Assembly (NCBI GenBank): GCA_048013815.1
Contig: CM106586.1
Coordinates: forward strand, 11,904,001-11,968,000
Source: Setoptus koraiensis
Lineage: Eukaryota; Animalia; Arthropoda
Length of the DNA stretch: 64,000 nucleotides
Reading direction: 5' to 3'
In this document: in pieces, positions 36,557-46,642 of the stretch
Layout: every line of letters starts with the position of its first letter
Numbering within the stretch: the stretch's first letter is position 1
The notes under the pieces: generated by a model
Database searches by the model: none
What the model saw: only the letters and a program-made list of their open reading frames with translations
Told to the model about the DNA's origin: nothing
Made by a program: the position numbers and the translations under genes

Positions 36557-37593
36557 TGTCAAACTATTGTTGATCTATCTCTTTTATCCAACAATATATC
36601 ACTACTATATTTGTGCTAATTAGTGTGTGTGTGTGTGTGCCTCTGCAATTGTGTATATCGATATTATGTGACAGTCAAATATTTATGTGACTAGAATTCT
36701 TACTTTAGACTATTCTGTTGATATCATGGAAATAACAAAAATGTGTGAAATAATCCTGTTAGAACTATATTGCAAGTTATCCTTCTGTTGGCTGACTGTG
36801 AGGATCTACTGGACAAGTATATTGCATATTCTTCTCCTTATATGTGTATAGATATTTATGGTGCCTTCATATAATACCTTCGTTTGTGGCTAGGCCAGTA
36901 GCAACGGGCAAAGCTCCAAGCCACGGGTGATTTTCGGTCAGACTCAGGTCGCTTGGGCGGACAGTTGTGGTCGATTGGACTATGTTTGGACTACGATGTG
37001 TTCGAATGAGATTGTTTTGATGACGATGAATGTACTTGCCGATTGCTACCATTATATTGTGTGTATACTGATAGAGTCCGTCCAGGCTAAAATCTAGCTG
37101 CTTATGAGGATGACACGAAATAAAATTAAATCTCATCAAACTGAAGTTATATTGTATTCAAAGACATTGTGAGCACAGGTTTGAGCTGATGACCATAATC
37201 ATCATCATGGTGGTGACATCATTAGTAGTTAGCGTTTTATATAAACTACTAGTCTACTGGAGAGATACTGAGGTAGTTAGGTGTCTCAGCTGGAGAGGCA
37301 TGAGTTGTTGTTGTTGATGCGCATCAGCAGAACGGGATATATGATACACGGAGAAAAAAAAACAAACAAAAATAGTTTTGAATCAAGCGCCCTCGGCCGG
37401 CACGCATGCCCAATCTTTCTCTCGATCCTCAAGGAGATATTTTTCTACTTTTATTCTTGACAAAAAACTGAAGCACCTAACCTTCGATTGAGGGATATAA
37501 ATTGTCTTGACCAGGCATCCTAAACTATTGTTTACAGTTACTCAAGAGATAGTCGAACATTAATTAGTGTTATTTATTAATTAATTTGCAATC

Positions 37594-38868
37594 ATGTCTC
37601 CTTTGTCACGAGTGGGACCATTGGCCTTGAGGTCAATTTATTTCCATCAGCAAAGAGGTATGGCCGCAGCTGCAATTGGAAACATCGATCCAGTTCAGAG
37701 ATTGTTTGTTGATAAAATCAATGAGTTTAAATCATCTAACCGTGGTCTCGATGAACAATACAAGAAGAAGGAGCAAGAAGAATTGACTCGCTTGAAGAAG
37801 GTATATCAGGTAGAAAATGAGGCTAAATTGGCACAGATTGAATCCAATTTTCCCAAGACCTCGGATATTAGCTTAGGTGATATCGATGATAACAAAGAAA
37901 GAATTGTGGCCATGATGTCTGGTGAATATTACAAACAACGGCAATTAAAACTCGCGGCCGAAGCTGCGGAAAACAAAAAGCCAAAGGTGGAGGAACATCA
38001 TTCACCTTACCATCTACCTCCTTTGGATAGAGAGCCTTATCCTGAACTGTTACCTTCTTTGGATAGAGCACCGGAGGCTCCAGAGTTGACTGAACCAGTG
38101 TCACTATTAGAGTCAGGACAAGAATATCTTGATCCCAAAAAGCTTGAAGATGCAGTTAATGTCAGATTCGGCCCAAACATGCCCACAATTAATGATGATA
38201 AGTCACCAGAGCGTGATGTCGTCAACTTCCCTCGTCAGCCACAATTGATGGATGTACCTCCTAGAGTGCTTCACGTCTTGCCCAAGAGCTGGTTCGATTT
38301 TTTCCACCCCAAAACTGGCATTACTGGAGGGTTTACATTTGCCGCCACATTTGGCGCGTTCCTCGTTTCTAAGGAATGGATAGTAATGGAGCACGAAATA
38401 TGCACCGGACTTAGTCTTACTATTATTATCTCTTTGGTCGTATCAAAGGCAGGACCTGCCGTCAACAAATACCTAGATGGTCTTATAAACAATCATATCA
38501 AGGGATGGGATGATTGGCAAAAGAATAATATTCAACTTCTAGATAATGTGGTTGATCATTATAAGACCCAAGAAAAAGTAGTTGATAGTTTACCCTTGGT
38601 CTATGATGCCAGAAGGGAGGATATTCAAGTTCAATTGGAGGCCGAATATCGACGACGCCTCAAAGCCGTTCACGATTCAACGAAGAAGAAACTAAACTAC
38701 TTGGTTGCCGTAGCCGACTCTAAACGTAACATCGCACACCAGCACATGGTCAACTGGGTTATTGATCATGCAGTCAACTCAATTGGACCAAAACAAGAGG
38801 CTGATGTTCTAGACAATTGTATAAGCACCCTAAAAAGTTTAGCAGCTAAAAACGCTAATGTAATCTAG
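37594..38868 (+). CDS. ATP5PF-ATP5PB: Single-ORF fusion of mitochondrial ATP synthase coupling factor 6 (N-terminal) and subunit b (C-terminal), 424 aa
   Basis: Presequence-like residues 1-22; DPVQRLFVDKINEFK...EELTRLKKVY...NFPK is F6-like (aa ~32-98); PERDVVNFPR...SWFDFFHPKTGITG...SKEWIVMEHE...LEAEYRRR...HMVNWV is subunit b (aa ~205-424). No stop or intron is needed to join them. Confidence 0.88.
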   Translation: MSPLSRVGPLALRSIYFHQQRGMAAAAIGNIDPVQRLFVDKINEFKSSNRGLDEQYKKKEQEELTRLKKVYQVENEAKLAQIESNFPKTSDISLGDIDDNKERIVAMMSGEYYKQRQLKLAAEAAENKKPKVEEHHSPYHLPPLDREPYPELLPSLDRAPEAPELTEPVSLLESGQEYLDPKKLEDAVNVRFGPNMPTINDDKSPERDVVNFPRQPQLMDVPPRVLHVLPKSWFDFFHPKTGITGGFTFAATFGAFLVSKEWIVMEHEICTGLSLTIIISLVVSKAGPAVNKYLDGLINNHIKGWDDWQKNNIQLLDNVVDHYKTQEKVVDSLPLVYDARREDIQVQLEAEYRRRLKAVHDSTKKKLNYLVAVADSKRNIAHQHMVNWVIDHAVNSIGPKQEADVLDNCISTLKSLAAKNANVI

Positions 38869-39161
38869 TGTATTGTTATTATTTTAGACACAATTGCTGA
38901 AGCCATGTTTTCATTTACAAATAAAGAACAGAGAAGCTCATCCTAATTCACTGTCACAAAAATCTTTTTTGTAAACGCTTTGGTGATTGTGAGTAATTCA
39001 TCACAACTTCTTTCTCTCAAATCGATTCTTGAAATGGATTTCTATGTATGTTTCCAAGACTGCCTGAACTTATTATATGTTTCTATTTGTATGTAGACGA
39101 TTAGAATGATAGTTGTATCATTTTATGAGTGTGTGATGGTTCAAGAATCATCTCTGAGTGT

Positions 39162-39995
39162 TTAAAGGTGTCTTGTTATGAATCCACATCGATGGGTATT
39201 ATCTATCCATTTTGACATCAAACTTTCCCCCAATCCAACAATTGACTCGTCGCGCAACAGTAGATTTGGCTGTTCAGTTATGATATTCTCTGCTAAAATT
39301 TCTTGTTTGATGGCATTTCCGTGAACACGCTGTTGCACATTGGATTCCGTTGTTTTGACGTACGGATCAAGATTGAATATTCTAGCTAATTGGATTCTAT
39401 CATTTACCGGATCGTACGGCTTGAATGTTTTGTGGGCGAAAGCAAATGCTTTGGAATTCAATGGAAAGATATTGGCTCTACCTGGTTTGGTCTCCTGTCG
39501 ATCGTGGCCTGGTCCAATCGAAAAAAGGGGTCTAGCTGGCCGCATGCGAATATGATGTCTAGGTATCCCAATATGACCAGTTCGAAAAATGAAGGGACTG
39601 ACTCTGTCACCCTGAGATTTTTTTATAGGTTTGCGTTGATCCCTAGCATTCCTGATATGTCGATTTACTCTTGTCGAGTCTCTAGTCTTTTTCCTGATAC
39701 GATCAAGCTCCAATTTGGAATTGGTCTGAACTGTTAAATGTTGCTTGTTGAAATCGTGTACGCAAGATTTTTTCTTTAAATCTATTCCTGGTGATCCATT
39801 GTGGGACGAATCTAATAGCGGTGGAAGTTTCTGACAAGAATAAATACTTTTTGCTCGAGGTTCAGAAAAGTAGTGACTAAAATCACTAGCCTCTCTATTT
39901 TGTTGCTCCTGCTCTTCTTTGATACTTGTTCTAAGTTGATGCAGAAATTCTATAATCTTCTCCAATCTATCTGTAATCTCGGATTCGTCTTCCAT
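39162..39995 (-). CDS. Orphan 277-aa basic protein, no family recognised
   Basis: ATG-initiated intronless ORF in gene-dense context with ordinary amino-acid complexity; the frame is preserved in the duplicate. Confidence 0.55.
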   Translation of the reverse strand: MEDESEITDRLEKIIEFLHQLRTSIKEEQEQQNREASDFSHYFSEPRAKSIYSCQKLPPLLDSSHNGSPGIDLKKKSCVHDFNKQHLTVQTNSKLELDRIRKKTRDSTRVNRHIRNARDQRKPIKKSQGDRVSPFIFRTGHIGIPRHHIRMRPARPLFSIGPGHDRQETKPGRANIFPLNSKAFAFAHKTFKPYDPVNDRIQLARIFNLDPYVKTTESNVQQRVHGNAIKQEILAENIITEQPNLLLRDESIVGLGESLMSKWIDNTHRCGFITRHL

Positions 39996-40364
39996 TTTTC
40001 TAAGTGAGAACTTTTATTCAATTGAAATAATCAACAATTGAAGCCACTGACGCCTCATTCTCTCTCTGTGTTCTGGAGATTCGAGTCCGGTGAAGCACGT
40101 GGCTCATGACGCAACAGTAGCCAATGACATTCTAGGGCCAACATATTTCATTAGTCAAATCTCAAAGGTGAGTCAGTCAATAGAGTAAATAAAAAATTGG
40201 CAAAAATCTTTTGATTTCCTCGTTCATCAAAGGAGAAAAAGGAATAAGAAAAAGCATAATGTTTTAATATATCATACCAGAGTTTTATTCATTAATCAAC
40301 AAACTTGTTTTTGATTCTGGGTTGAATGTACAAACATGTAGATATAGCAGAATATCAAGATAAT

Positions 40365-41279
40365 TTAACTATTTTCGTTATTTTCATTTCCTTCAATATC
40401 CTGAATCCATTTCCTATAATCCACCATACTGAAAGACAATATTGATTGACTTTTATCTAATGTCTCACTTTGTGTAGCTGCTTGCTTGACAAATTTACAC
40501 GTCGGCTTTCCCTCACTTGATTCTTTTATGGCGACTTTATTTTCTTTCACTAGGAATGAGAAATGAAATAAATTTTCAACTGACTGACCGAATGATTTTT
40601 TGTCGAGGATATTTTCTAGCATGTTAATTTGTTCCATATTATTTTGTTTGGCTGTGACCTTCAATCTCTTGTATATTAGGTCCACCTCCTTTGGTGTTGC
40701 ATCTTCGTTAGTTTCTGTGGCTGAATTTTTCTCCGCCGCCTTAACAAAAACTTTTGGTTCAATCTTCTCTCTTTTCTCGACCTTTCTCACAGCTCTTGGT
40801 TTAAATTCAAAACCTTCAGGATTCATGGCTCCGTAGAGAAATTCAAAGACGGGCGGAGCGAGCAAACAATCATCAATGTCTTTACCTAAAGCACATCTGG
40901 CATGGGAAAGATCAACGGAAGAGTCTCCATGTCTTAAGGCCCGTCTAAGTTTGTTGCCAAAAACTACCAAATCAAGCAGTGCCGAGCCAATTTTAAATTT
41001 GCTGGTGGCCTCTGCTCCCAATGCAGCCAATTTCTTGAAATGTTCCGCATCTATGGGCGCCAAATCATATCTCTTGTGTATCTTGGGGTAGAGTTTTGCT
41101 GTTTTGGCGAGATGTGTGCTAATGAACTCGTTGGCCTCCTCCGTGCGCTCAGCTTCGGTAAAGGAATCAATCTCTTGAAGTAATAATTTATAATCGGCGT
41201 AGGCCTTCTCTTGTTCTTTTTTACGTTTGACAGTTTTTTGGCGGCTGCCGCTCGCCACTGATGGGCTATCCTCTGCCAT
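40365..41279 (-). CDS. NSMCE4A: SMC5/6 kleisin subunit Nse4 (NSMCE4A/EID3 family)
   Basis: TPKEVDLIYKRL...KSFGQSVENLFHFSFLVKENKVAI...GKP matches the Nse4 C-terminal domain. Confidence 0.8.
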   Translation of the reverse strand: MAEDSPSVASGSRQKTVKRKKEQEKAYADYKLLLQEIDSFTEAERTEEANEFISTHLAKTAKLYPKIHKRYDLAPIDAEHFKKLAALGAEATSKFKIGSALLDLVVFGNKLRRALRHGDSSVDLSHARCALGKDIDDCLLAPPVFEFLYGAMNPEGFEFKPRAVRKVEKREKIEPKVFVKAAEKNSATETNEDATPKEVDLIYKRLKVTAKQNNMEQINMLENILDKKSFGQSVENLFHFSFLVKENKVAIKESSEGKPTCKFVKQAATQSETLDKSQSILSFSMVDYRKWIQDIEGNENNENS

Positions 41280-41916
41280 TGGGGATAAAGTGCTTGCACA
41301 AAGTTTATGTATGTTTTAGTTTCGAATATATCAATGAATTGATGCGGCGCCCAATCAAGATTGCGTGCTTCTGCAATGATAGTCTATTGTTGACAAAAAC
41401 TATTTCAGCCTCATCTGAAGCCATTTTCACCGGAACCCGTTGGTAACCGCACGATTTCCGCGCTTACGAAACATTGCACATGGGCACAAATTGTATTTGT
41501 GTGCATGTACAGGGTGCGCGTCGAACTTTGCTCACCAGTGGCAGATCTAGCGGTGTATTTTCGTTTGTTAGCGAGATACAAAAGTTTACGCCCACCATGT
41601 ATGTATTGAAAATTGCTCATTAATGGTGTGAATCTCGAACAGAGACCGAAAAAACGCTTACATTGTGAAATCTACACACAGTAGATTCGCACACCAAATG
41701 CCGCCTCGTAAATGCATGCGTTTACTGCAAATCGATAAGTTGCATTTTGTTTGCTGCACTTACTATTGTTTTAAACACCCGTTGTTTTGAACAAACTTGT
41801 TATTACTCATGATTAATAATATTACCAGTAGAACATGAGCACAACCCAGTTATTAATCTTTGACGGGACCCCTCATTAGTAATATTTATTTAATTAGTTC
41901 GACAAACAAAACAAAC

Positions 41917-44853
41917 ATGGATTCGCCCGATTATATTGTGCTGTCGTCCGAGGATGAAGACATCAAGGATATCTTCATGGCGAAGGGTCCAGCCAAAGGG
42001 ACGAACATCAAAGGAGTACGTGATTATAAAACTATGAGAGCCAATGCCAAGCGCCAATCAGATGCTGGCGTCAAAAAGGAATTTGCACAATCTATCAATA
42101 CCTCAAATGCTCAGAATACCCCCTTAAGCGCGCCCATTCACAAACCAACTATCGGTAACAGCAGAAATACATCTAATCACACCAGTGTGAAAGTTAAGCA
42201 AAATGATGACAGCAACAACAATACAGTCAACTTTAGTAATTGTGGAATTCACACCGATGACGCACTCAATGTACCCGATGACCAAGGGCGAGTCTTGGTC
42301 AATGTTGATCACCCCGAAGAGGATCCTGATATTTTTGTGAAGCCACAACTTGCCAGAGCATTGAAGCCCCATCAGGTTGGAGGAATAAGATTCTTGTATG
42401 ATAACATTATTGAAAATTTTCATAACTTTAACAATACGCCAGGCAATGGTTGTATACTTGCTCATTCTATGGGTCTAGGTAAAACCATACAACTATGCAC
42501 TTTCATAGACGTCTTTCTCAGTAACCTAAAAGCACGCCACGTTTTGTGTATAGTCCCTGTCAATACCTTACAGAATTGGCTCTCAGAATTTGAGATGTGG
42601 CTACCTTTAAAAGAACAATACTCAGGCTTTGATACCAATATTCATTTTCGTGATTATAATATTTTCAAAATGACAACTGTGAAATCTCTATCCAATAGAG
42701 TGGAAGTTATTCAAAATTGGTGGGACAGCGGTGGTGTCCTTCTTATGGGTTACGAACTCTACAGAATATTAACTTTAAAAAATGAGACCAAATTGGAAAA
42801 AAATAAACAATCATCTAGTCATTCTGGGACAAATACATTGGATGCCGATGACGAGCTTTCAGACTCGGGAAGTAAAATGTACAAATCAACGAGCCATTCT
42901 GACAGAAATATCTCCGAAATGAAGGAAATAATTATGAAATGCTTAGTCAAACCTGGACCTGATCTTGTTGTATGTGACGAGGGTCACAGAATTAAGAATG
43001 ATAAGGCAGCTACCTCAAAAGCTTTAAAACAGATAAAAACTCAGCGAAGAATTGTTTTGACAGGTTATCCATTACAAAATAACATGATAGAGTATTGGTG
43101 TATGGTGGATTTTGTCAGACCCGACTATCTTGGATCTAAAAGAGCCTACACGCTCTACTTCGACAGGCCGATAGCGGCCGGGCAGTGTATCGACTCTGAC
43201 CCAATACAGAAAAGAACTATGAAACAAAGAGCTCACATCCTCCATAGAATACTTCAAAAATTTGTCCAGAGGAGGAGTCACTCTCTTCTGAAGAGTCAAT
43301 TACCCAAAAAGTATGAGCATGTGATCTTGGTCAGAATGACAGAGATTCAGCGCCAATTAATAACAGCTTTCATCGGCACCATCCTTCACCAGAATTCAAG
43401 AACAAAATTAGGTAAACTCAAAGTAAGCCCTCTCTTTCTGTTTGCTGTATGTTGTAAGATCTGGAATCATCCAGATGTTATTCGAGCAGTTGTTAAAGAT
43501 GGACAGATCGACTATGAACTAGATAACCTGGATGACTCAGATGAGGCAAAGCCTATCAAGCGCAAAGGACCAGGTTCACCGCAAATCGGAGGAGAAGCAA
43601 TGCTCGATACGGGCAAATGTTCAAAGGGTATTGATTATAGTTGGGCCGAAAGCCTTCTCGAAAATTACGAATGTGGAAAGATTGAAAATAGCTATAAGAC
43701 TGTCCTTCTAATGATACTTATTGAGGAAACTTTAAAAGTTGGGGATCGTATGTTAATATTTAGTCAGTCTCTTCTCACGTTAGACTTGATTGAAGAATTC
43801 CTCTCTAGACAGCATGTTCCTTTTTGTAGAAACAATCAAAGGTGGCGTAGAGATACAAATTACTTCAGGATAGATGGAAGCTCAAGTCCATTTGAGCGCG
43901 AACAATACATTGACATGTTCAATAGTAATCCAGATTACAAGTTATTTCTCATATCAACCAGGGCTGGCTCGTTAGGTATCAACTTGACTGGTGCAAACCG
44001 TATAGTAATTTTTGACTCCTCATGGAATCCATGTCATGATGCTCAAGCTGCATGTCGAGTTTATCGTTATGGTCAGACCAAAGAGTGCTACATATACAGA
44101 TTGGTATGTGATAATACTTTAGAAAAACGTATCTATGATAGGCAGATAAATAAACAAGGTATGGCCAACCGCGTGGTAGACGAGCTAAACCATGAGAGTA
44201 GGCTTACATGGGACGAGATAACTCAACTAGTTTTGGAGTTTGATGGAAAATCTGATCCCCCACTTCAAGACTTCGATGCTAATAGTGTAAAAGACATCTC
44301 AGACCCCTTAGTTAGAAAGGTTTGTTTGGATCAAAACCGATTGATAACCTCAAAGCCGTTTGAGCACGAGTCTCTTCTACTTGATCACGTGGATACCAAA
44401 TTAACGAAGGCCGAAATGGAAGCTGCCCAGAAAAACTATGAAAGTCTCAAGTCCAAAGGAGCGCTCAATGCAAACTTCAATCCTAATGACTTTGCAGAGA
44501 ACGGAATCTCTATGAATATAGACGATCTCGAGATTTATTTGGCATCAATCGGTTACATTGTCAGGAGGACTGATCTAACACAGGATTTGCCGAACCCAGA
44601 TACTGGGGATCCGTTTATTTTCGCGGGTGAGCAAGTTCTCTTAGCTGAAAATGAGAGAGGAGTCTTCATAAAAGCCACACAAGGAAGATCTGTTACCATA
44701 CGAGGTCCCAGAGGTAGAACGAACAATATGCTATCAGATCAGGTCATTCTCAACTGTCCCAGCATACCGCCCCAGGAAGCGAAAGAGAAAAAATGTATAC
44801 CACCACCGCCCTTGAGAAAAGTTGATCCTGAGGTCATCGAGCTCAGCGATTAA
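41917..44853 (+). CDS. RAD54L2: SNF2-family helicase ARIP4, intronless
   Basis: VLVNVDHPEE.PDIF..PQLARALKPHQVGGIRFLYDN, GCILAHSMGLGKT, PGPDLVVCDEGHRIKN, FLISTRAGSLGINL, WNPCHDAQAACRVYRYGQ. Confidence 0.93.
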   Translation: MDSPDYIVLSSEDEDIKDIFMAKGPAKGTNIKGVRDYKTMRANAKRQSDAGVKKEFAQSINTSNAQNTPLSAPIHKPTIGNSRNTSNHTSVKVKQNDDSNNNTVNFSNCGIHTDDALNVPDDQGRVLVNVDHPEEDPDIFVKPQLARALKPHQVGGIRFLYDNIIENFHNFNNTPGNGCILAHSMGLGKTIQLCTFIDVFLSNLKARHVLCIVPVNTLQNWLSEFEMWLPLKEQYSGFDTNIHFRDYNIFKMTTVKSLSNRVEVIQNWWDSGGVLLMGYELYRILTLKNETKLEKNKQSSSHSGTNTLDADDELSDSGSKMYKSTSHSDRNISEMKEIIMKCLVKPGPDLVVCDEGHRIKNDKAATSKALKQIKTQRRIVLTGYPLQNNMIEYWCMVDFVRPDYLGSKRAYTLYFDRPIAAGQCIDSDPIQKRTMKQRAHILHRILQKFVQRRSHSLLKSQLPKKYEHVILVRMTEIQRQLITAFIGTILHQNSRTKLGKLKVSPLFLFAVCCKIWNHPDVIRAVVKDGQIDYELDNLDDSDEAKPIKRKGPGSPQIGGEAMLDTGKCSKGIDYSWAESLLENYECGKIENSYKTVLLMILIEETLKVGDRMLIFSQSLLTLDLIEEFLSRQHVPFCRNNQRWRRDTNYFRIDGSSSPFEREQYIDMFNSNPDYKLFLISTRAGSLGINLTGANRIVIFDSSWNPCHDAQAACRVYRYGQTKECYIYRLVCDNTLEKRIYDRQINKQGMANRVVDELNHESRLTWDEITQLVLEFDGKSDPPLQDFDANSVKDISDPLVRKVCLDQNRLITSKPFEHESLLLDHVDTKLTKAEMEAAQKNYESLKSKGALNANFNPNDFAENGISMNIDDLEIYLASIGYIVRRTDLTQDLPNPDTGDPFIFAGEQVLLAENERGVFIKATQGRSVTIRGPRGRTNNMLSDQVILNCPSIPPQEAKEKKCIPPPPLRKVDPEVIELSD

Positions 44854-45041
44854 AATCAGCCAAAGAATTAAAGAAAACTCATGAATCCTGAATCGGTGAA
44901 CAACTTAATTCCTCGCAATGGAGCTTATTTATCAAAAGCTTGTACACGATACCTTTCTTTATTTTACACTATACTTAAATTCTCTCATCAATTTCGAGAT
45001 GCAAATCATTTTCACAATATATACAAACAAATTGGAATGAT

Positions 45042-46232
45042 TCAAACTCTTAGTATCTCCAAAGTTTTTCCGTAACATATTGAGATCCAATCGGGATGGG
45101 CCACCGACCAATCTATTTTGTTGACTTTGTCTTGAGCTTGGTAAGCCAATATGGGGTCTTTAACTGGATTTGGTAAATTTATCAAATCCCATATTAACGC
45201 CTGATTGCTATCAGAAGCGGTGCTTAGGTGACACGCCGAATGTGGTGCCCACGCAAAGCTATTGACATTAGCGTTATGGTTCAATAAGCAGGCGGCTGGC
45301 ATCTTGGGCTTTCGAATATCCAGTATAATCACTTCTTTACTGTCTATACCCAATGTTGCAATATAGTTTGGATTTTCCTTGTTACAGGCCAATCTGACTA
45401 TCGCTTGGCCTGATTTATCGTTAAGCTCTTGTCGGTTATCATAGAGCGTTACAAAATGCTTCAGATTCCTGAGGTCGAACATTCTTACAGAACCGTCACC
45501 ACCGGCGGTGGCAAATGAGTCTCGCCCAGAGCCGCAACGTGAAAAAGCAACGTCGTACACTTCCCGATCATGAGCTATCAATTGTGTTTCAACTCTACCT
45601 AACGAATTGGGAGAATTGTTCGAAGTTGAGCCATTGTTTGTAGAAACTTGCTGAGTTGCTTTGCCTAATTCTACATTCCATATTGTACAAGTGGTGTCTA
45701 TGCTAGATGTAGCTAACAAGTTGGGATCAATATCATTCCAATCAAACGAGGTAACGGGAGCGCAATAGCTGGATTCTCTACTGCCATTGAGTAGACGTTT
45801 TAATTCAACTGATTTTTGTTGGTTCGCACAGCCTATAGAGTTAGTCTGTTCCGACTCGCAGGTGTTTGGTATGTGCCATATTCTAAGAAAGTCAGCAGAA
45901 GTTGCCAAGAGTTCGGGATGGCAGTTATTAGGATCAGGTATAAATGAGATCTTCGTTGGAGGGTATGGATGATTAAATTGGATAGTTGGCTTGAGTTCGG
46001 ATGCACCATCCTCTAGTTGAACCAATTGTATTTTATTACTATATTCTTCGATAAAACTAGCAATTGCTAGTTTGAATACAGAGTTGGGTTTGGTGGACCA
46101 GCCTGAGGCGAATAAACGCCAATCGGCCTCAAATCTGTAGATTTCTTTTTTCTTGGTGCCTGAATTGTGTCCATTTGTCGCTCTGATAGGTTCAACATAA
46201 TCTAGCAGCGATTGTAAACGATTGTTTATCAT
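45042..46232 (-). CDS. DCAF7: DDB1- and CUL4-associated factor 7 (WDR68), intronless
   Basis: KEIYRFEA.W.LFASGWS, SFIEEYSNK, HPYPPTKI, TSSIDTTCTIW, TQLIAHDREVYD, SVRMFDLRNLKH, WAPHSACHL. Confidence 0.93.
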   Translation of the reverse strand: MINNRLQSLLDYVEPIRATNGHNSGTKKKEIYRFEADWRLFASGWSTKPNSVFKLAIASFIEEYSNKIQLVQLEDGASELKPTIQFNHPYPPTKISFIPDPNNCHPELLATSADFLRIWHIPNTCESEQTNSIGCANQQKSVELKRLLNGSRESSYCAPVTSFDWNDIDPNLLATSSIDTTCTIWNVELGKATQQVSTNNGSTSNNSPNSLGRVETQLIAHDREVYDVAFSRCGSGRDSFATAGGDGSVRMFDLRNLKHFVTLYDNRQELNDKSGQAIVRLACNKENPNYIATLGIDSKEVIILDIRKPKMPAACLLNHNANVNSFAWAPHSACHLSTASDSNQALIWDLINLPNPVKDPILAYQAQDKVNKIDWSVAHPDWISICYGKTLEILRV

Positions 46233-46642
46233 ATTCTAAAATATTCTAAAAACGTGATGATTTATCATTGAATTAATATATCAGCAACTATGGGACAGTA
46301 ATTGATTAAATGTAGTATAGGTGTAAAGGTTCAGCTACATCTACAAGATATAATAAATATCTTTATAATTTTCCTGCTCGTTAGGACCAGACAAACATGT
46401 TTTGATATTCCAAATCCAGATCTGATTGTTTGTGAGTGTGACCGTTGCACCTGGTTATGTACCTGTGGTTGGTTTATAACTGTTTGTTTGTAGAAGTGGT
46501 GCCGTGAGAAATGTTGCTCTCATCAGCTGATTGCTTACTTTGCAAGTGAAATGCATGTTGTTGATTATTCTTTTTTCGAAGCATCACCATCAATTGTATA
46601 TAAATTTAACAATAATAGTTATTTATCATTAGGCCATCAAAC

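Noticed and set aside
36867-37139. 90-aa minus-strand ORF between ECHDC1 and the ATP-synthase fusion (copy at 17371-17643)
   Set aside because: No recognisable family and no convincing start or upstream exon. Identity between the copies reflects recent duplication. It could still be a small exon.
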